A DNA stretch of 64,000 nt from Lama glama (Eukaryota). Location: NCBI GenBank assembly GCA_028534125.1, contig CM052817.1, positions 35,652,001-35,716,000 of the forward strand, given 5' to 3'. This document shows positions 1 through 12,053 of the stretch, piece by piece (the first letter of the stretch is position 1; each line of letters begins with the position of its first letter). The notes below the pieces were generated by a model. It had not been told where the DNA came from. It made no database searches and worked only from the letters and a program-made list of their open reading frames with translations. The translations under genes were made by a program, and so were the position numbers.

Positions 1-1180
1 ATGAGAGCGGATGGCTGCAGGATCCTGCAGAACAGCCTAAGAGTGAGACGCGCGGGAAGCATGAGAAATGCGAAAGCAGGTAAAGGGGTGGAGCCACCTG
101 TTCGCACGCGCACTGAGGCCCCAGAGTCGCGTTAATTACTGGAGGAAAGCTCGGGACGACCTGAGAGCAGTCATTTGTCAGTTGGCGCACTAGAGCTCCT
201 CCTCCTAAAGCTAATGTCGTGAGTTCTCGCGATGAAAGCTCCGTGGCCTGGAAATCCACTTAACACGGAGGTAAAATTACTAGGGACTTAGAGACTGAGC
301 TGGGTTAGACAATTAGATTAGTTAATGAGAGTGTGTTTACTTTCAGGCTTCTTTAACGCGCCGCAGCTTACCCTACCTGCCGTTAAGAAATCACATTTTT
401 AAAAGCTTTGCGTTTTTTAGTTTTTGGAGCTGGAAAAAAATTGAACATCGAATATCCCAGACACATGGCCATGGTTAGAATCATGGCCATTAATATATTT
501 ATTTGGCTTTTTTTCATGGCCACAATTAAAATCTATAATTAATACATCTTCTTGGCTTTTTTGTTTCAGGTGTTACTACTTCTGCAACAATATTAAAAGG
601 CAGAACTCACCGGCTTGATCGGAGTCACAGAGTGTAGGCGTGGTTCTCGCGGTTAGCTCCACGAGGCTTCAACCCACAAATTGCGCATGTGCCGACTAAC
701 CCTTCGCGAACTTAGCCCACCCTTCGCGCAGGCGCACACGATATATAGGCGTCTTTGTGGGCGGAGCTTTGCGTGGGACGCAGCGTATTCTGGGAACGCC
801 GGAGACGGAAATTACTTCGCCACACTGCGGTCGTCGGACTCGCTTGAGCGCTTGTCTGTGATTTCTGGAGTTCGGAGCTGGTGAACTGTTTTCTAACCTG
901 TATGACGCGGACTCAGAACTCTCCACAGCGACCCATCTAAGGAGGGACACGTGAGGAGCTAGACGAATTGAGGATTTGCGGCCTTTCCCCCAGCCCGTCG
1001 CACAAGTGTCCGCAGTCGTGTGTCCCCCATCCTCCAGACCGGGAACGAAGCTAGGATTTTGGGAGGTGGAGGGTACAGGGATCGTAGCATTTATGTTTCT
1101 CGTCACGGTGACTCTATTCCACTGTTCGCTGCTGGATAAATCTGACACTCCGCGTACTGAAATAGCGTGCAGAACTATAC
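1..1180. promoter_or_regulatory. CpG-island promoter, probably bidirectional
   Basis: Dense CpG compared with the rest of the window. Motifs: TCTCGCGA (BANP/ZBTB33-type) 225-232; NRF1-like tgcgcatgtgcc 682-693 and cgcgcaggcgca 725-736; GC box 759-764; ZNF143-like ttcccagaatac (minus) 785-796; ETS-like cggaaat 806-812. Splice donors on both strands: minus GCCG|GTGAGT at 605-610, plus CAC|GTGAGG at 951. Confidence 0.8.
611..690 (-). other. candidate first exon of an unidentified minus-strand gene that leaves the window to the left
   Basis: Consensus donor CCG|GTGAGT (plus strand actcac 605-610) just downstream of the NRF1 motifs; a second minus donor GTAAGC at 366-371. The TSS position is a guess. 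Confidence 0.4.
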
Positions 1181-1799
1181 GACAAATTCCATTGTTTTGG
1201 CTTTGTCTGTTTCCCTTTAAACCAGAATTAGTGGATTTGTTGAATAGTTGAATTTTTGAGCGTCAACCTGTACAAGGCATTGTGCTAGGCTCTGGAAATA
1301 AACCGGGGACAAATAATATAAAGTTGATGAGGAGGGGAGAGGGTTGGTCTAGTTTGGCATTCCTAAGTAAATTGTTTCAAAAGATGACCTTTACATTTGC
1401 TCTTTCCACAAGGTGACATAGTTCTCAGATAGTATATATTTTACTGAGCAGAGCCAGTATATCTTGTTTTTCTTTTTACATATAGAATCCTAGTCATGTA
1501 TAGTGTATTTTCTTTATATGTTTTAATGCTCCCTCTTCCATTCTTCGCAGCTGCTATTTCAGACTTCGTTTTCTTCTAGCTCCCAATCTCGTGGCCACCC
1601 CTCACATTTCTTCTTATTCTCTCAGCTGTTTCATGGAGATAATAGAAGCAAAAGCTTAAACTCCACTGCGTAAAATTCCGTCCCATTTTAATCTTGAGTC
1701 TGGAAATGTTTTAGCATCATTACATTCTCTTTTTCTTAACTCCTATCTCGGAAAGAAAGTTGAAAAAATTTTAGCTTCATGTTTTTGAGACGGTAGTAG

Positions 1800-2370
1800 G
1801 TTCTCACGGCTCACAAGCTAGAAAATGTTAAAGTGTTAAGTGTAAGGTCTTATTCTTGTTCACCGTCTGTCCTGTGTGAGCCCTCTCCACAGTAGGTAAC
1901 CACTGTTCTTAGATTCTTATCTTTCCAGGTGCTTTAAGCATTTTCAAGCAAGTATAAATAGCATTCTGTTTTCCCTCTTTTTACAGACAAAAAGTAACAT
2001 TTATACTTTGCTGCACTTATTTGTTGCGTTATATATTTGTATCTTTATCCAGGAGATTTTCGAAACAGTATGTAGAGAGCATGTAAATTTTTTTTCACAG
2101 CTGCTAGTTTGTGTGGATATACCATAACTTAGAGTGTGTCTTCTTGGTTGATATTTGAGTTACTTCCAGTTTTTTCTGATTCAAACAATGCTGTAGTGAG
2201 TAACTTTGTACATGTTATTTTGTCTAATACAAGTAAATCTGTAGGATAAATTCCTAGGTATAAAGTTGTCAGGTCAAATGATATGCAAATGTTACAGAAA
2301 ATATTGATATTTTGTTCGATGGTGCCAATTGACCACCATAGTGATTGTGCTAATTGATATTATCATTAAC
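1800..2370 (-). mobile_element. old L1 (L1ME-like) 3' fragment
   Basis: Degenerate L1M 3'UTR motifs (ttccagtttttt...aacaatgctgtagtga...gtaggataaattcctagg). Confidence 0.6.
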
Positions 2371-2850
2371 TATATAATAATCCTGTGGAAAAGGAGTTAA
2401 TGTTGTCTCATTTATCAAATCTGCTCCAGCATTGAGTCTCCATTCTACTCCTGCTTGTGTCCTTTGATACCATTATTAGATAGCCTCTCATTAGTTTTTA
2501 AACACTCCTTTTCAGCTGGATTCTTTCTCTGTGAAGTAGATTTCTCTTTTCCTCAAGAAAATAAGTTGAATGCTTTGTCCCCCCCCCCCCAATATTGTAG
2601 GAAATCAGAGACTTCTTGATTGATAAATCAGATGGACCTTTTTTTAAACCTTCTCTAAACCCTGTAGTAGGCAACATTGTTGATGACTTCCTCGGGGAAA
2701 CTCACAGGTTCCATCTGCCACATCAGTCTCATTTGATTCTTTTTACCTTTTTGACTTTCTCATTCTTTCTGCTGTTTATATTAACTCAGGATGATTTCAT
2801 CCATTCTCCATGGCTTCAGTTACAGTCTGTATGTGGATGACTTCTGAGTA

Positions 2851-3688
2851 CAGTTGGCCCTCCGTATCTGTGGGTTTTGCATGTGGAGATTCAACTGATC
2901 TTGGATGGAAAATATTTGGAAAAAAGTTCCAGAAAGGAGAATTTGAATGTGCCTTGTGCTGACAACTGTTCATGCCTTGTTTTTTTGTTTTTTGGGGGGT
3001 TTTTTGCTCCCTTTTTTTGTACTTCACAGTATTGGCCTTTTTTTTTTTTTTACAAGTTTAGATTTACGGCAATTCTGTGTTGAGCAGGTCTACTGATGTC
3101 ATTTTATTAACAACATTTGTTTACTTCATGTCTCTCTCACATTTTGGTAATTCTCACAGTATTTCAAACTTTTTTCATTATTTGTTATGGTGATCTGTGA
3201 TCAGTGATCTTTGATTTTAGTGTGAGTCACTGAAGGCTCAGATGATGGTTAGCATTTTTTAGCAATAAAATATTTTTAAATTAAGGTATGTACATTTTTT
3301 AAGATACAATGTAGTGTACACTTAATAGACTATAGTGTAGTGGAAATATAACTTTTATGTGCTCTGGGAAACCAAAAAATTCACATAACTCAGGGTGGTC
3401 TGGAACTAAACCTGTATCTCCGAGGTATGCCTGTGCAAAGCATTTACATTGTATTTATGACTACTGATGTAGCATTTACATTGCATTAGTTATCATAAGT
3501 GATCTAGAAATGACTTAAACTATAAGGGAGAAAAGAATTTTTTTAAATTAAAAAAATATGTAAGGGAGAATGTATGTTGGTTATATGGAAATACTATGCT
3601 ATATTATGTAAGAGTTTGAGCGACGTCCGATTTGGGTATCCATTGGGCATCCTTGCACCAGTTCCCCATAAATACTGAGGGACAGCTT
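2851..3688 (+). mobile_element. MER2-like Tc1/mariner-Tigger DNA transposon
   Basis: Left TIR cagttggccctccgtatc and right TIR atactgagggacagct, with MER2-like internal sequence. Confidence 0.75.
2965..3433 (+). mobile_element. Tigger1a-like internal-deletion derivative nested in MER2
   Basis: Tigger1 motifs (cacattttggtaattctc...ctgaaggctcagatgatggttagc) and 3' TIR gaggtatgcctg at 3422-3433. Confidence 0.8.
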
Positions 3689-5079
3689 TATTTCCAATCT
3701 AGACGTCTTGCATAGCTAAATGCCACTAGACAACTTCACTTAGATGTCTCCTGGATGCCTCAGTGTTGTACTGCCCAAACTGAGTTGACTATTTTCCTTA
3801 ACCCACTGCCCCTTCCAAAGCTGCTTCCTCCTGTGTTCTCCATCTTGGTGAATGGTATCACCCTCTTTTGTTGAAGCCAGAAGCTTGGGCATCATTCTTG
3901 ATTCCTCTTTTCTTGCCCTATGCCTAATGAGTCGGCAAGCACTGAGGGTTCTGTCTCATAAATATAAAATCTGTTCACTTCTCCATCCCCTCTGCCGCAA
4001 TTCTGGTTCACCATCTCTTGCCTAAATTACGTCCTCAGACTCTTAACTGGTTTGTGTGCTTTCAGTTTTCTTGTCTTTCTGATCCCCTCTCCACACTGGG
4101 GCAATAGTGATCTTTCAGAAATGAAAATCTGACCATTCTGCTAAAACCTTAGAATGGTTGCTTGAAGCTCTGTTGGTAAAGCCCAATCTTTTACCACTCC
4201 AACTTCACACTCTGTGCTTTGGCTAGACTGGTTTTCTTTTGTTCCTTGTATATCTTTCATTGTGGAGTGTTTTGCACTATTTGTGTTTTCTGCTTGGAAT
4301 ACTTTCTCTCCCCCTCCCACACACACTCCCTCCTTTTGCCTGGCTTACTCTGCATAACTCAGCTTTTGGGAAGTCTTCCCTACTGCCTTAGGTCCTGGTT
4401 AGAAGTGTCCATTCACTTTATTCTTCCTTTAATTGACTTCATCTTGTCCATATCTCCTCAGTAGGTGATAATCTACCTGAGGATACAGCCATTTTTTTTA
4501 TCTTGTTGAAGGTAACATCTCGAATGCCTGGGACATAGTAAATGATCACATTCTATAAATATTTGATAAGTGGATGAATGAATAAATGAGCCTCTGCAGA
4601 TTCATTTTCCTGCACATGACTAACAGTGGTTTTCCCTAATATCCTGTCTTCAGTCTTCATTCTTTATGTTAACTCTCCTTATTTTACCAACTACTTAATA
4701 ATTCTGAACTCTTGGTAATTTAGACTCCTTATTTGACCTTCATATTTGTATCCATTTGCAAGTATTTAAAGGGATAAATAATCTACAGGTTTATTGAAAA
4801 CTGACTTCATCATTTCCTTTCCTTTTCCCACCTTCTGCTGTGTGGCTGTGTTATTAACCTCTAGTCTGTCATCAAAGTTAGAAGTCACTGAGCTATTTTA
4901 GATACCTTTGTCTTTCTTACCACTCCCCTCGTGTGTAGGGATTGGTAATTTCAGTCCATTCAAGAAGTATTTATTGAATAATTTATTTTGGATATAAAAT
5001 TTTGAATCAAAATCTTACATTTTATAGACTATATAGGTCAGAATAGAAAGACAAAAATGCAGCACACTTAATATTTTTA

Positions 5080-5218
5080 AATAAATTACTTTTAAATTTT
5101 TCTTGAGGGCGGTGCTTAGGTTTACTTATTTATTTGTTTCTTAGTGGAGGTACTGGGAATTGAACCCAGGATGCTATGCATGCTAAGAACTCTACCACGC
5201 AGCTATATCCTACGCCCC
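5080..5218 (-). mobile_element. Vic-1-type tRNA-Ala-derived SINE
   Basis: Reverse-complement tRNA-like head (ggaggtactgggaattgaacccagg...agctatatcc), A-rich tail, and cacacttaat direct repeats on both sides. Confidence 0.85.
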
Positions 5219-5294
5219 ACACTTAATCTTTTATATAAGAAGATGACACTAATTTTAAGACCAGTGGAAACTGATTTTTCAAGTGACCTGTTAT

Positions 5295-5896
5295 TTAAGA
5301 TACTGTTGCTGCATAACTATCTCAAAATGTGGCTGCTTAAAAGTTAATGTAATATATTCATGGATTCAGTGGGTCAGGAATTTGGACAGCATAGTAGGAA
5401 TGGCTGGTCTGCTGCCTGATGTCAGTGGTTAAACTGGGAAGACTCAAAGGCTGGCTGTTGCCAGCTGGGGGCTAGGTGATCTGGAGTGTTCACTAACATG
5501 TCTGGCACCTGACCTGGATGGACTCAAGTACTAGGATTGCTGACTGGAGCAGCTATAAACAGTCTCTCCGTGTGGTTTGGACTTCCCCACGTAAGTAGTA
5601 TCCTTCACAGTAGTAGAACTTCCTAATGGCAGCTCAGGGCTCCAGAAGTAAGTGTTTTAGCAAACAAGGGGGAACTAACTGCATTAAATTTCCTGGCCTA
5701 GCTTCTAAAGTCATGTAGTGTTGCTTCAGCTGTATTCACTTAATTACGGAAGAGAAAAAAAACCCGCCCAGACTCAAGGGGAGGAAACAGACTCCTATAT
5801 CTTGGTAGTAGGAGTGTCAAGATCACTTTTATTATAAGAAAGCATGTGAAATGGAAGAGATGGTTCTGGCCATCTCTGGAAAATACAGACTGTCAT
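5295..5896 (-). mobile_element. MaLR (MLT1-family) LTR
   Basis: tggccatctctggaaaatacagactgtca is the reverse complement of an MLT1H-like start; internal gggtcaggaatttggacag motif. Confidence 0.75.
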
Positions 5897-6589
5897 CTCT
5901 GCCCATGTATGAAAAGTTGCCTGTAATAGACACCCCTCCTTAATGTATTGCCCCGCAACTGAAATACTTTGGTGACTCCTCCCTCTTACTCTAATCTCTG
6001 ACTCCAATCCCTGAGGGACCTTTTGATCAGAGGACTATGAGCTTGCTACAGTTATCATTATAGTTAGCTATTAATGAGCATTCTGGAGAAGATGGAATAT
6101 TTAAAATTCACACAACTTAAACTGAACTTGGCATGAGGCCCCTTTGTGTATTAGGAGAATACCTATATGATGTAGACATAGACCTATGTATATTATTGCA
6201 TTACAATTCAATTAATGTAATTGAAATTTTAGAGAAGTGGAGTAAAATGTTTGTGTTTTATTTAGCAGATGCTAGTTTGTTTCTGGTATTTCCTATCATA
6301 GAAACAAGATGTTAACTAGTAGCGTTTTACTGCAAGTGAGAATACTACTTGTGATTTTTACGGATATCTAGTATGATGAGGATGATGATGATGAAATCCC
6401 TCAGATTTGTGGCAAGAGGCATGTTGGATTGTAGTCAGGTAGCTTTTTAGACCAAACTGAATAAGCTTTAAAAGTCACTGCAACATGTACAAGGATTTCC
6501 TGCTTATTCTGTTCTTGAAAATTAGAAGTTCTATGTAAGTATGCTACTATGAGAGCTGGTTTCTCATTTAATTATTTAAATATTTAACT

Positions 6590-7240
6590 TTAACATTTGA
6601 AGTATTTTGAACCTATGGAAAAGTTACACAAAGAGTTCATGTATACATTTCACTTAGAGTCCCTGAATGTTAACTTTATACTATGTTTTGTCTTTCTCTT
6701 TCTCTACAAATTTTTTTTCTGAAACATTTGAGGGTAAGTTGCTTATAGAAGAACATTCTTTTATGTAATCATAAGTCATCAAAATCAGGAAATTAATATT
6801 AATGCAATGATCTTATTTAATTTGGAGACCTCATCCAAATTCTTCCGATTGTCCTACTAATATTTTTTATAGCAAAATTAAAAAAAATTTCTTTGATCCT
6901 GGATCCAGCATGAGATCACATATTGCATTTAGTTTTCATGTCATTTTTTTTTCTCTTATAATCTACATAGTTATAGTCTACAACAGTTTCTCAGTCTTTT
7001 TGTGGTTTTTTTTCTTTTTTTTGGTTTTTTTTTTTTTACTTTGATGTTTTTGAATAATACAGGCCAGTTACTTTTTTAGAATGCTTCTCAGTTTGGGTTA
7101 GTCTGATGTTTCCTCATAATTAGATTCAAATGATTGCTTTTGGCAGCAACAGTGAATTTTCTGCTCTCAGTGCATTTTATCAGGAAGCACATGATGGTTA
7201 TTTGTTGCATTAATGGTGCTGTTAATTTGATTCCTTAGTC
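6590..7240 (-). mobile_element. L1MC-like 3' fragment
   Basis: aaaatcaggaaattaatatt and gatcacatattgcatttagttttcatgtc motifs. Confidence 0.7.
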
Positions 7241-9079
7241 TTCTCATGATTTTCAGTAGGTTAAGTTACCATAAGTTACAGTATTTGAACCCAAATTCCC
7301 ATCCAATTTGAGGTTAATTAAACTGTAATAAAACTCGATAAGAAGATTTACATATAGGTAAGAAAAGTAACTTTTGAGTAATAAAGTTGACATCCCACTA
7401 TGTTAGGAATAAAATGCTATAACTTCCCCTCTTACGAAACTGACAGTTGCTTTGTTTGTATTAACATGATGCCCTGAGCCCCACCATCTCCAGGATGCAC
7501 ATTCTCTTGGATGACTCTCTCCCTTTTCAAAGAACACATGCTTCTGAGATTCTCTACCAATTGTACTTGGAGTATAAGTGAATCTTTCTTGAACACTGTT
7601 TTGTTAAAGTGTTGAGTTTTGGGGATGTGAGTACCTATCTATATTCCCTATTAAACATGGGCTATAAAAAGCTTGTATTGAGACATTTTTATCTTCTATG
7701 GTGTTTCAGTATTAAACACCAAGAGGAGTTTTATTAGGAAACAATAGCCAAGTAGATGTTCTGTGGGGTATCCCTATATTCTGTGATATTCAGGGAGAGA
7801 GAATATTTGATCTGTGCCAAAAGAGAATTATTTTCAACATATGTCACAGGTTGCTTGAGGGTAGAATACTCTACTTGAACAATCATTGCACTTAATATTT
7901 GTTATAGAATAAACGACTAGATGTTTATACTTTAATTGACTATAGTTGCTTTGGCTATTGTGATGTGACATTTTGTTTTTTCACTATTAACATCAAGTGA
8001 TCTTTCCCAAACAATGTGAATGTGATACCATTTAATATCACCAGTGACTTCAGTAAAATGACTTCTTGTACAACAGGCACGATAGTAGATACTATAAATA
8101 TGAGCTATTCATATAGTCAGTTGTTTAAAGGATAGCATTCTAGTGAAGTACTACCATTCTACTGATTTTAGGGAAAGTAGCTATGGTTCATCTTCCTGGG
8201 AGAATGAAACTTGTCCATAGTTTTGTAAAGATTTTTCATTATAAATTGTCCATAAAAACCATTGCTATTTATCTTATAGACAGCGCTTTCCGTATTCTTC
8301 TTACATATCAGTGGGTGACTTAAATGGTTTGAGAAATTTCTTTCTTGTTAGCTCACAGTCTCTACAGAAGGAAATTGCCCCCATCATTCTCAAGGCTGTA
8401 CCTTTTCCAGGGATGATTGTGTTTTGTGTTCTCCACCGTAGGACCTAACTTCTAATATTGGTGGCCATGGTTGATTGAATCGGGGTGGGACCTTGACCCA
8501 AAGCTAGCCACTCTATAGGCAGGCCAGTGACCTATGAGGTGATCTGATGATGCCAAATTGGGAGGCTGATGATTATTTGGGCTATGCACGTTGTCTCAGA
8601 AAATTGATGTGAGGTTGGGGGAGTCAGTTACTAAGGAGATAAGAGTAAAAACTAAGTCCAGCCATGCAGCTGTTCCTGGGTGATGGTGTGGGGAGAGATG
8701 CCTTTTGCACTTATATCCACTTGTATCTTTATTATATATTTCCTTACCCATCCCTCACATGAACAAGTGTCTATTCCTTATAAACAATGCATCTACACTC
8801 TTAGATTCTCCATCCTTCCTTAGGACTTCACTGTGTGATTTCTTTATCCATGCTACTAGCTCTGATCGCTCACCCTTGCTCCATCTGTTGTCATCAGTCA
8901 TTTGCTGAATGCTTTCACTTGAATGACTTATTCACATCTTACCTTTAACATACTCAGAATAGAATAATTTTAACCTAAAATTGAAATTCTTATACATTCC
9001 TTATTTTAGTCATTGATGTCATCATCCTCCCTCTCATTCGAGTTAGAGTTCTTATTTTTATCTTTTTCAAAATCCCTTT

Positions 9080-9410
9080 TCAAAATGATATGTTTCAGGA
9101 ATACAGCATCATATACAGTTTAATATCTGCATATACAACAGAGTGATCACCACCACAGTCTAGTTACTATCCATCACCATACAATTGGCCACCTTCGCTC
9201 ATTTGGCCTACTTCTCAACCCCCTTCTCCCCTGGTCACCACTAATCTGTTTTTTATATCTGTGGGTTTATTTTTCTATTCTTCTGTTCATTGGTTGGTTT
9301 GGGCTTTTTGGCTTTTTTAAGATTCCACATGTGAGTGAAATCATGTGTTATCTTTCTCCATCTGACTTGTTTTACTCAGCATACTAACCTAAATGTCCAC
9401 CCATGTTGTA
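9080..9410 (-). mobile_element. L1 3' end fragment
   Basis: gattccacatgtgagtgaaatcatg...tctgacttgttttactcagcata is the reverse complement of the L1 ORF2 end/3'UTR. Confidence 0.8.
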
Positions 9411-11040
9411 CTTATTTTTGTCTTTGACTATGCATTTTCTTTAGTTTTCTCTCCTGACATTGTTTTTAGAGAAATGTTTCAAAGAGGTTGGATGAAATTG
9501 ATCTGTAAAGGACATTTGTAAATTAGAACTTTCTTATAGTTCTTAAGTTGTGCTTTAAATATTTTACCAATAAGTCTCATTTCCTCAAACTTAACAATAA
9601 GTTCTATAAAGAAAGTATTCTTAGTCTCATCCCTTTTTTGGATACCTTTATTATTTTATGTAGTGATGGGTGTAGAGTGTTTGGCTTATAATGATTAGTG
9701 TTTGTTGACTTTCATAATAATGAAAATGGGGAAGTGTGCTAGCAGAATCACTGAGTTGTAACTGATTATGAACTCAGCTATTTTCTCAGTTCCCATTTTG
9801 ATGTCAGACAACAGCTGGATTCTTTGGATGAACAGATATCTGTTCAAAGAATTGTGGAAGTTGCTCCACCTATAGACTTACAAGCTGCAGCTCAACATGC
9901 TAGTTGGAGAAGTTGAAGAACTGATAAGACAAGTAATTCTGATAAAGTAACAAAAGTAAAATAAGGGTATTGATTTGAAATTTAAAAAAAGAAAAAAATT
10001 AGTAGATATTTTTAGCAGTCTTCCAACATCGTCAATCAACAACTAATTTATTCTATCTAATGGAGAGATACATTTTTGCAAGTAATGCAAAACCCTAATC
10101 CTTATTCAGATAGTAGGTATTTAATAGCTGGGAACAGAGAATGCAGAAATATGATGAACTACTAAGAGAATCGAGCCAGAAATAGTTATATTGTTTCAGA
10201 AATCCCCAGTTTTTTCTTTCACAGTGTAAGGAGTCATAAAAAGAAAAGTATGTGAAGTACTTTTCTCTTGATTATTTGTTGCATTATCACAACAATATAA
10301 GAAATAATGAGAGAATCACCCAAACATACCAGCTATTTTAATTTTTCTAGGTTCATTGTACTCTTTCTTTTCACATATGCATGTTTTTAGTGTTGTTAAA
10401 ATCATAGCAAGGATGTAATTTTAGAATCTAGTTTTACATGAGTGATTGTAAAGAAGTATGTAGTCCAGAGTAGTGACTGTCCCCTTATTTGAGAGGTAAT
10501 GGGCCTTGAGAGACAGGAAAAACTGAACAACAAAGTGGGGCGGGGAGAGCCCCAGAAGTAGAGTTAGAGGGAGAGGTCATTATTTCTAGCCAGTTCAGTC
10601 CCTCTTTTCTGTAACTAAGCTTTTAAAAGCTGGTGTATTATTCTCATTCTGATTGGAGATGCTGCATAGGCTTTTGCTGTTAAGAACAAAAGTCATTGGG
10701 TCTTCTGGCACTGTGTTGGAAAAGTGGGTATAAAAATGTCTTTTTTATGCTTGATGACATTTTCTCTTCATGATTTTTGCAAAACAGGAGTGATAAATAT
10801 TGTAATGTAGCATATTCAAAATGCCAGTATCATAAGCACTGTTGGAGGAAGAGATTTCTCACGTGGGATATCAGAGCCTAGAGGAAAAGATGGGAGAGAC
10901 TTAAACTGATCATGAAGGGTGGGGTAGAGCTTAGTACAGAAAAGATTCTTAATCATTTCAGCAAAAAGTACTTGGTATATTTGGCTTGGGGATGGATTGG
11001 TGACCACAACAGTCAGTATATGTTATTTGGTTTGATCTGG

Positions 11041-11219
11041 TTTTTTTTGTGGGGGGTGAGGGGGGTAATTAGGCTTTCTTTGTTTTGTTTTGTTTTATGA
11101 GGGGGAGGTAATTTGGTTTATTTATTTATTTATTTATATTTGGAGGAGATACTGGGGATTGAACCCAGGACCTCATGGATCCTAAGCACACACTCTACCA
11201 CTGACCTATATCCTCCTCC
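11041..11219 (-). mobile_element. Vic-1-type SINE with duplicated tail motif
   Basis: ctggggattgaacccaggacc head; two copies of the gggg(a)ggtaatt(a/t)gg tail motif. Confidence 0.85.
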
Positions 11220-11795
11220 GCTGTTTTTGACAGGTGTTAGGGGGAGATATGAAGTCAGCCAGGGTCCTTGGAATACTCAGTCTCTTGAGGAGAATAGTAA
11301 TTAGGATTTTCTGTAAATTTAATTGAAGTGTTAGGTCTACTTTTTCTGTGTTCTGTTGATTAGATGAGAGCATGTTTCTTGTTACATGAATTTATCTTTT
11401 CTTTGTTTTCTGGACTCTGTACTTCTGACCTGAACTAAGAAGAGGGCACATGAAATGGCTATACAGATCATTAATGCAAATCCATTTTAATTATTTCGTA
11501 TAAACTCAGAGCATATGATACATGCATAGTCTTTATTTACTTGTGATAAATTAACTTTTTTTCTTACATCTTAAAGTGATGAAGTATAAAACTTAACATC
11601 CTTGGAATATAGATGTTGACTTTGCAGGGTTACCCATATTAGTAAAGTGGATTAATTTTGCTAGTTTCTAGAACTTCTACTCAAAATGCTAATGTTGATT
11701 AAACTGAAATCATCAGAACCTTTATGAAAAAAAGTTATTTACCCTTTTCATGGTTTTTTTTTTGCATTTTTTTCATAATAGAAAATAAATTTGCA

Positions 11796-11960
11796 GGGGA
11801 GGGTATAGCTCAAATGATAGAATGCATGTTTAGTGTGCAAAAGGTCCTGGATTCAATCCCCAGTACCTCCAAAAAAAAAAAACCTAATAATAAATGAATA
11901 AATAGACCTAATGACCTCCCCAAAAAATAAAATTAAAAAAAAATTTAAATTTAAAAAATA
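11796..11960 (+). mobile_element. Vic-1-type SINE
   Basis: ggggagggtatagctcaaatgatagaatgcatg...ttcaatccccagtacctcc followed by an A-rich tail. Confidence 0.9.
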
Positions 11961-11967
11961 AAATGAA

Positions 11968-12053
11968 TTTTATTTTATTTTTTATTGAAGTGTAGCTGAT
12001 TTACAACATTAGGTTCAGGTATACAGCTAAGTGATTGTTACACATACATATAT
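11968..12053 (-). mobile_element. short L1 3' terminus
   Basis: T-rich run followed by tttattgaagtgtagctgatttacaaca, the typical L1 3' end on the minus strand. Confidence 0.65.

Larger units (their letters stand above)
2750..4590 (+). mobile_element. L2 LINE, interrupted by MER2/Tigger
   Basis: L2 motifs (ccatggcttcagttac...gatgactt; ctcctgtgttctccatcttggtgaatgg) and an L2 3' tail (gatgaatgaataaatga) near 4575-4590. Confidence 0.7.

Noticed and set aside
696..1148. 150-aa minus ORF and overlapping ORFs in the CpG island
   Set aside because: No recognisable protein similarity; long ORFs are expected by chance in GC-rich promoter DNA.
6373..6460. C/D-box snoRNA-like pattern (ATGATGA...CTGA)
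   Set aside because: The C box is part of a (GAT)n run, there is no terminal stem, and I recognise no rRNA guide.
7690..7975. Short hairpin and ANANNA/ACA motifs suggesting an H/ACA snoRNA
   Set aside because: No convincing double-hairpin fold; these motifs are common in AT-rich DNA.
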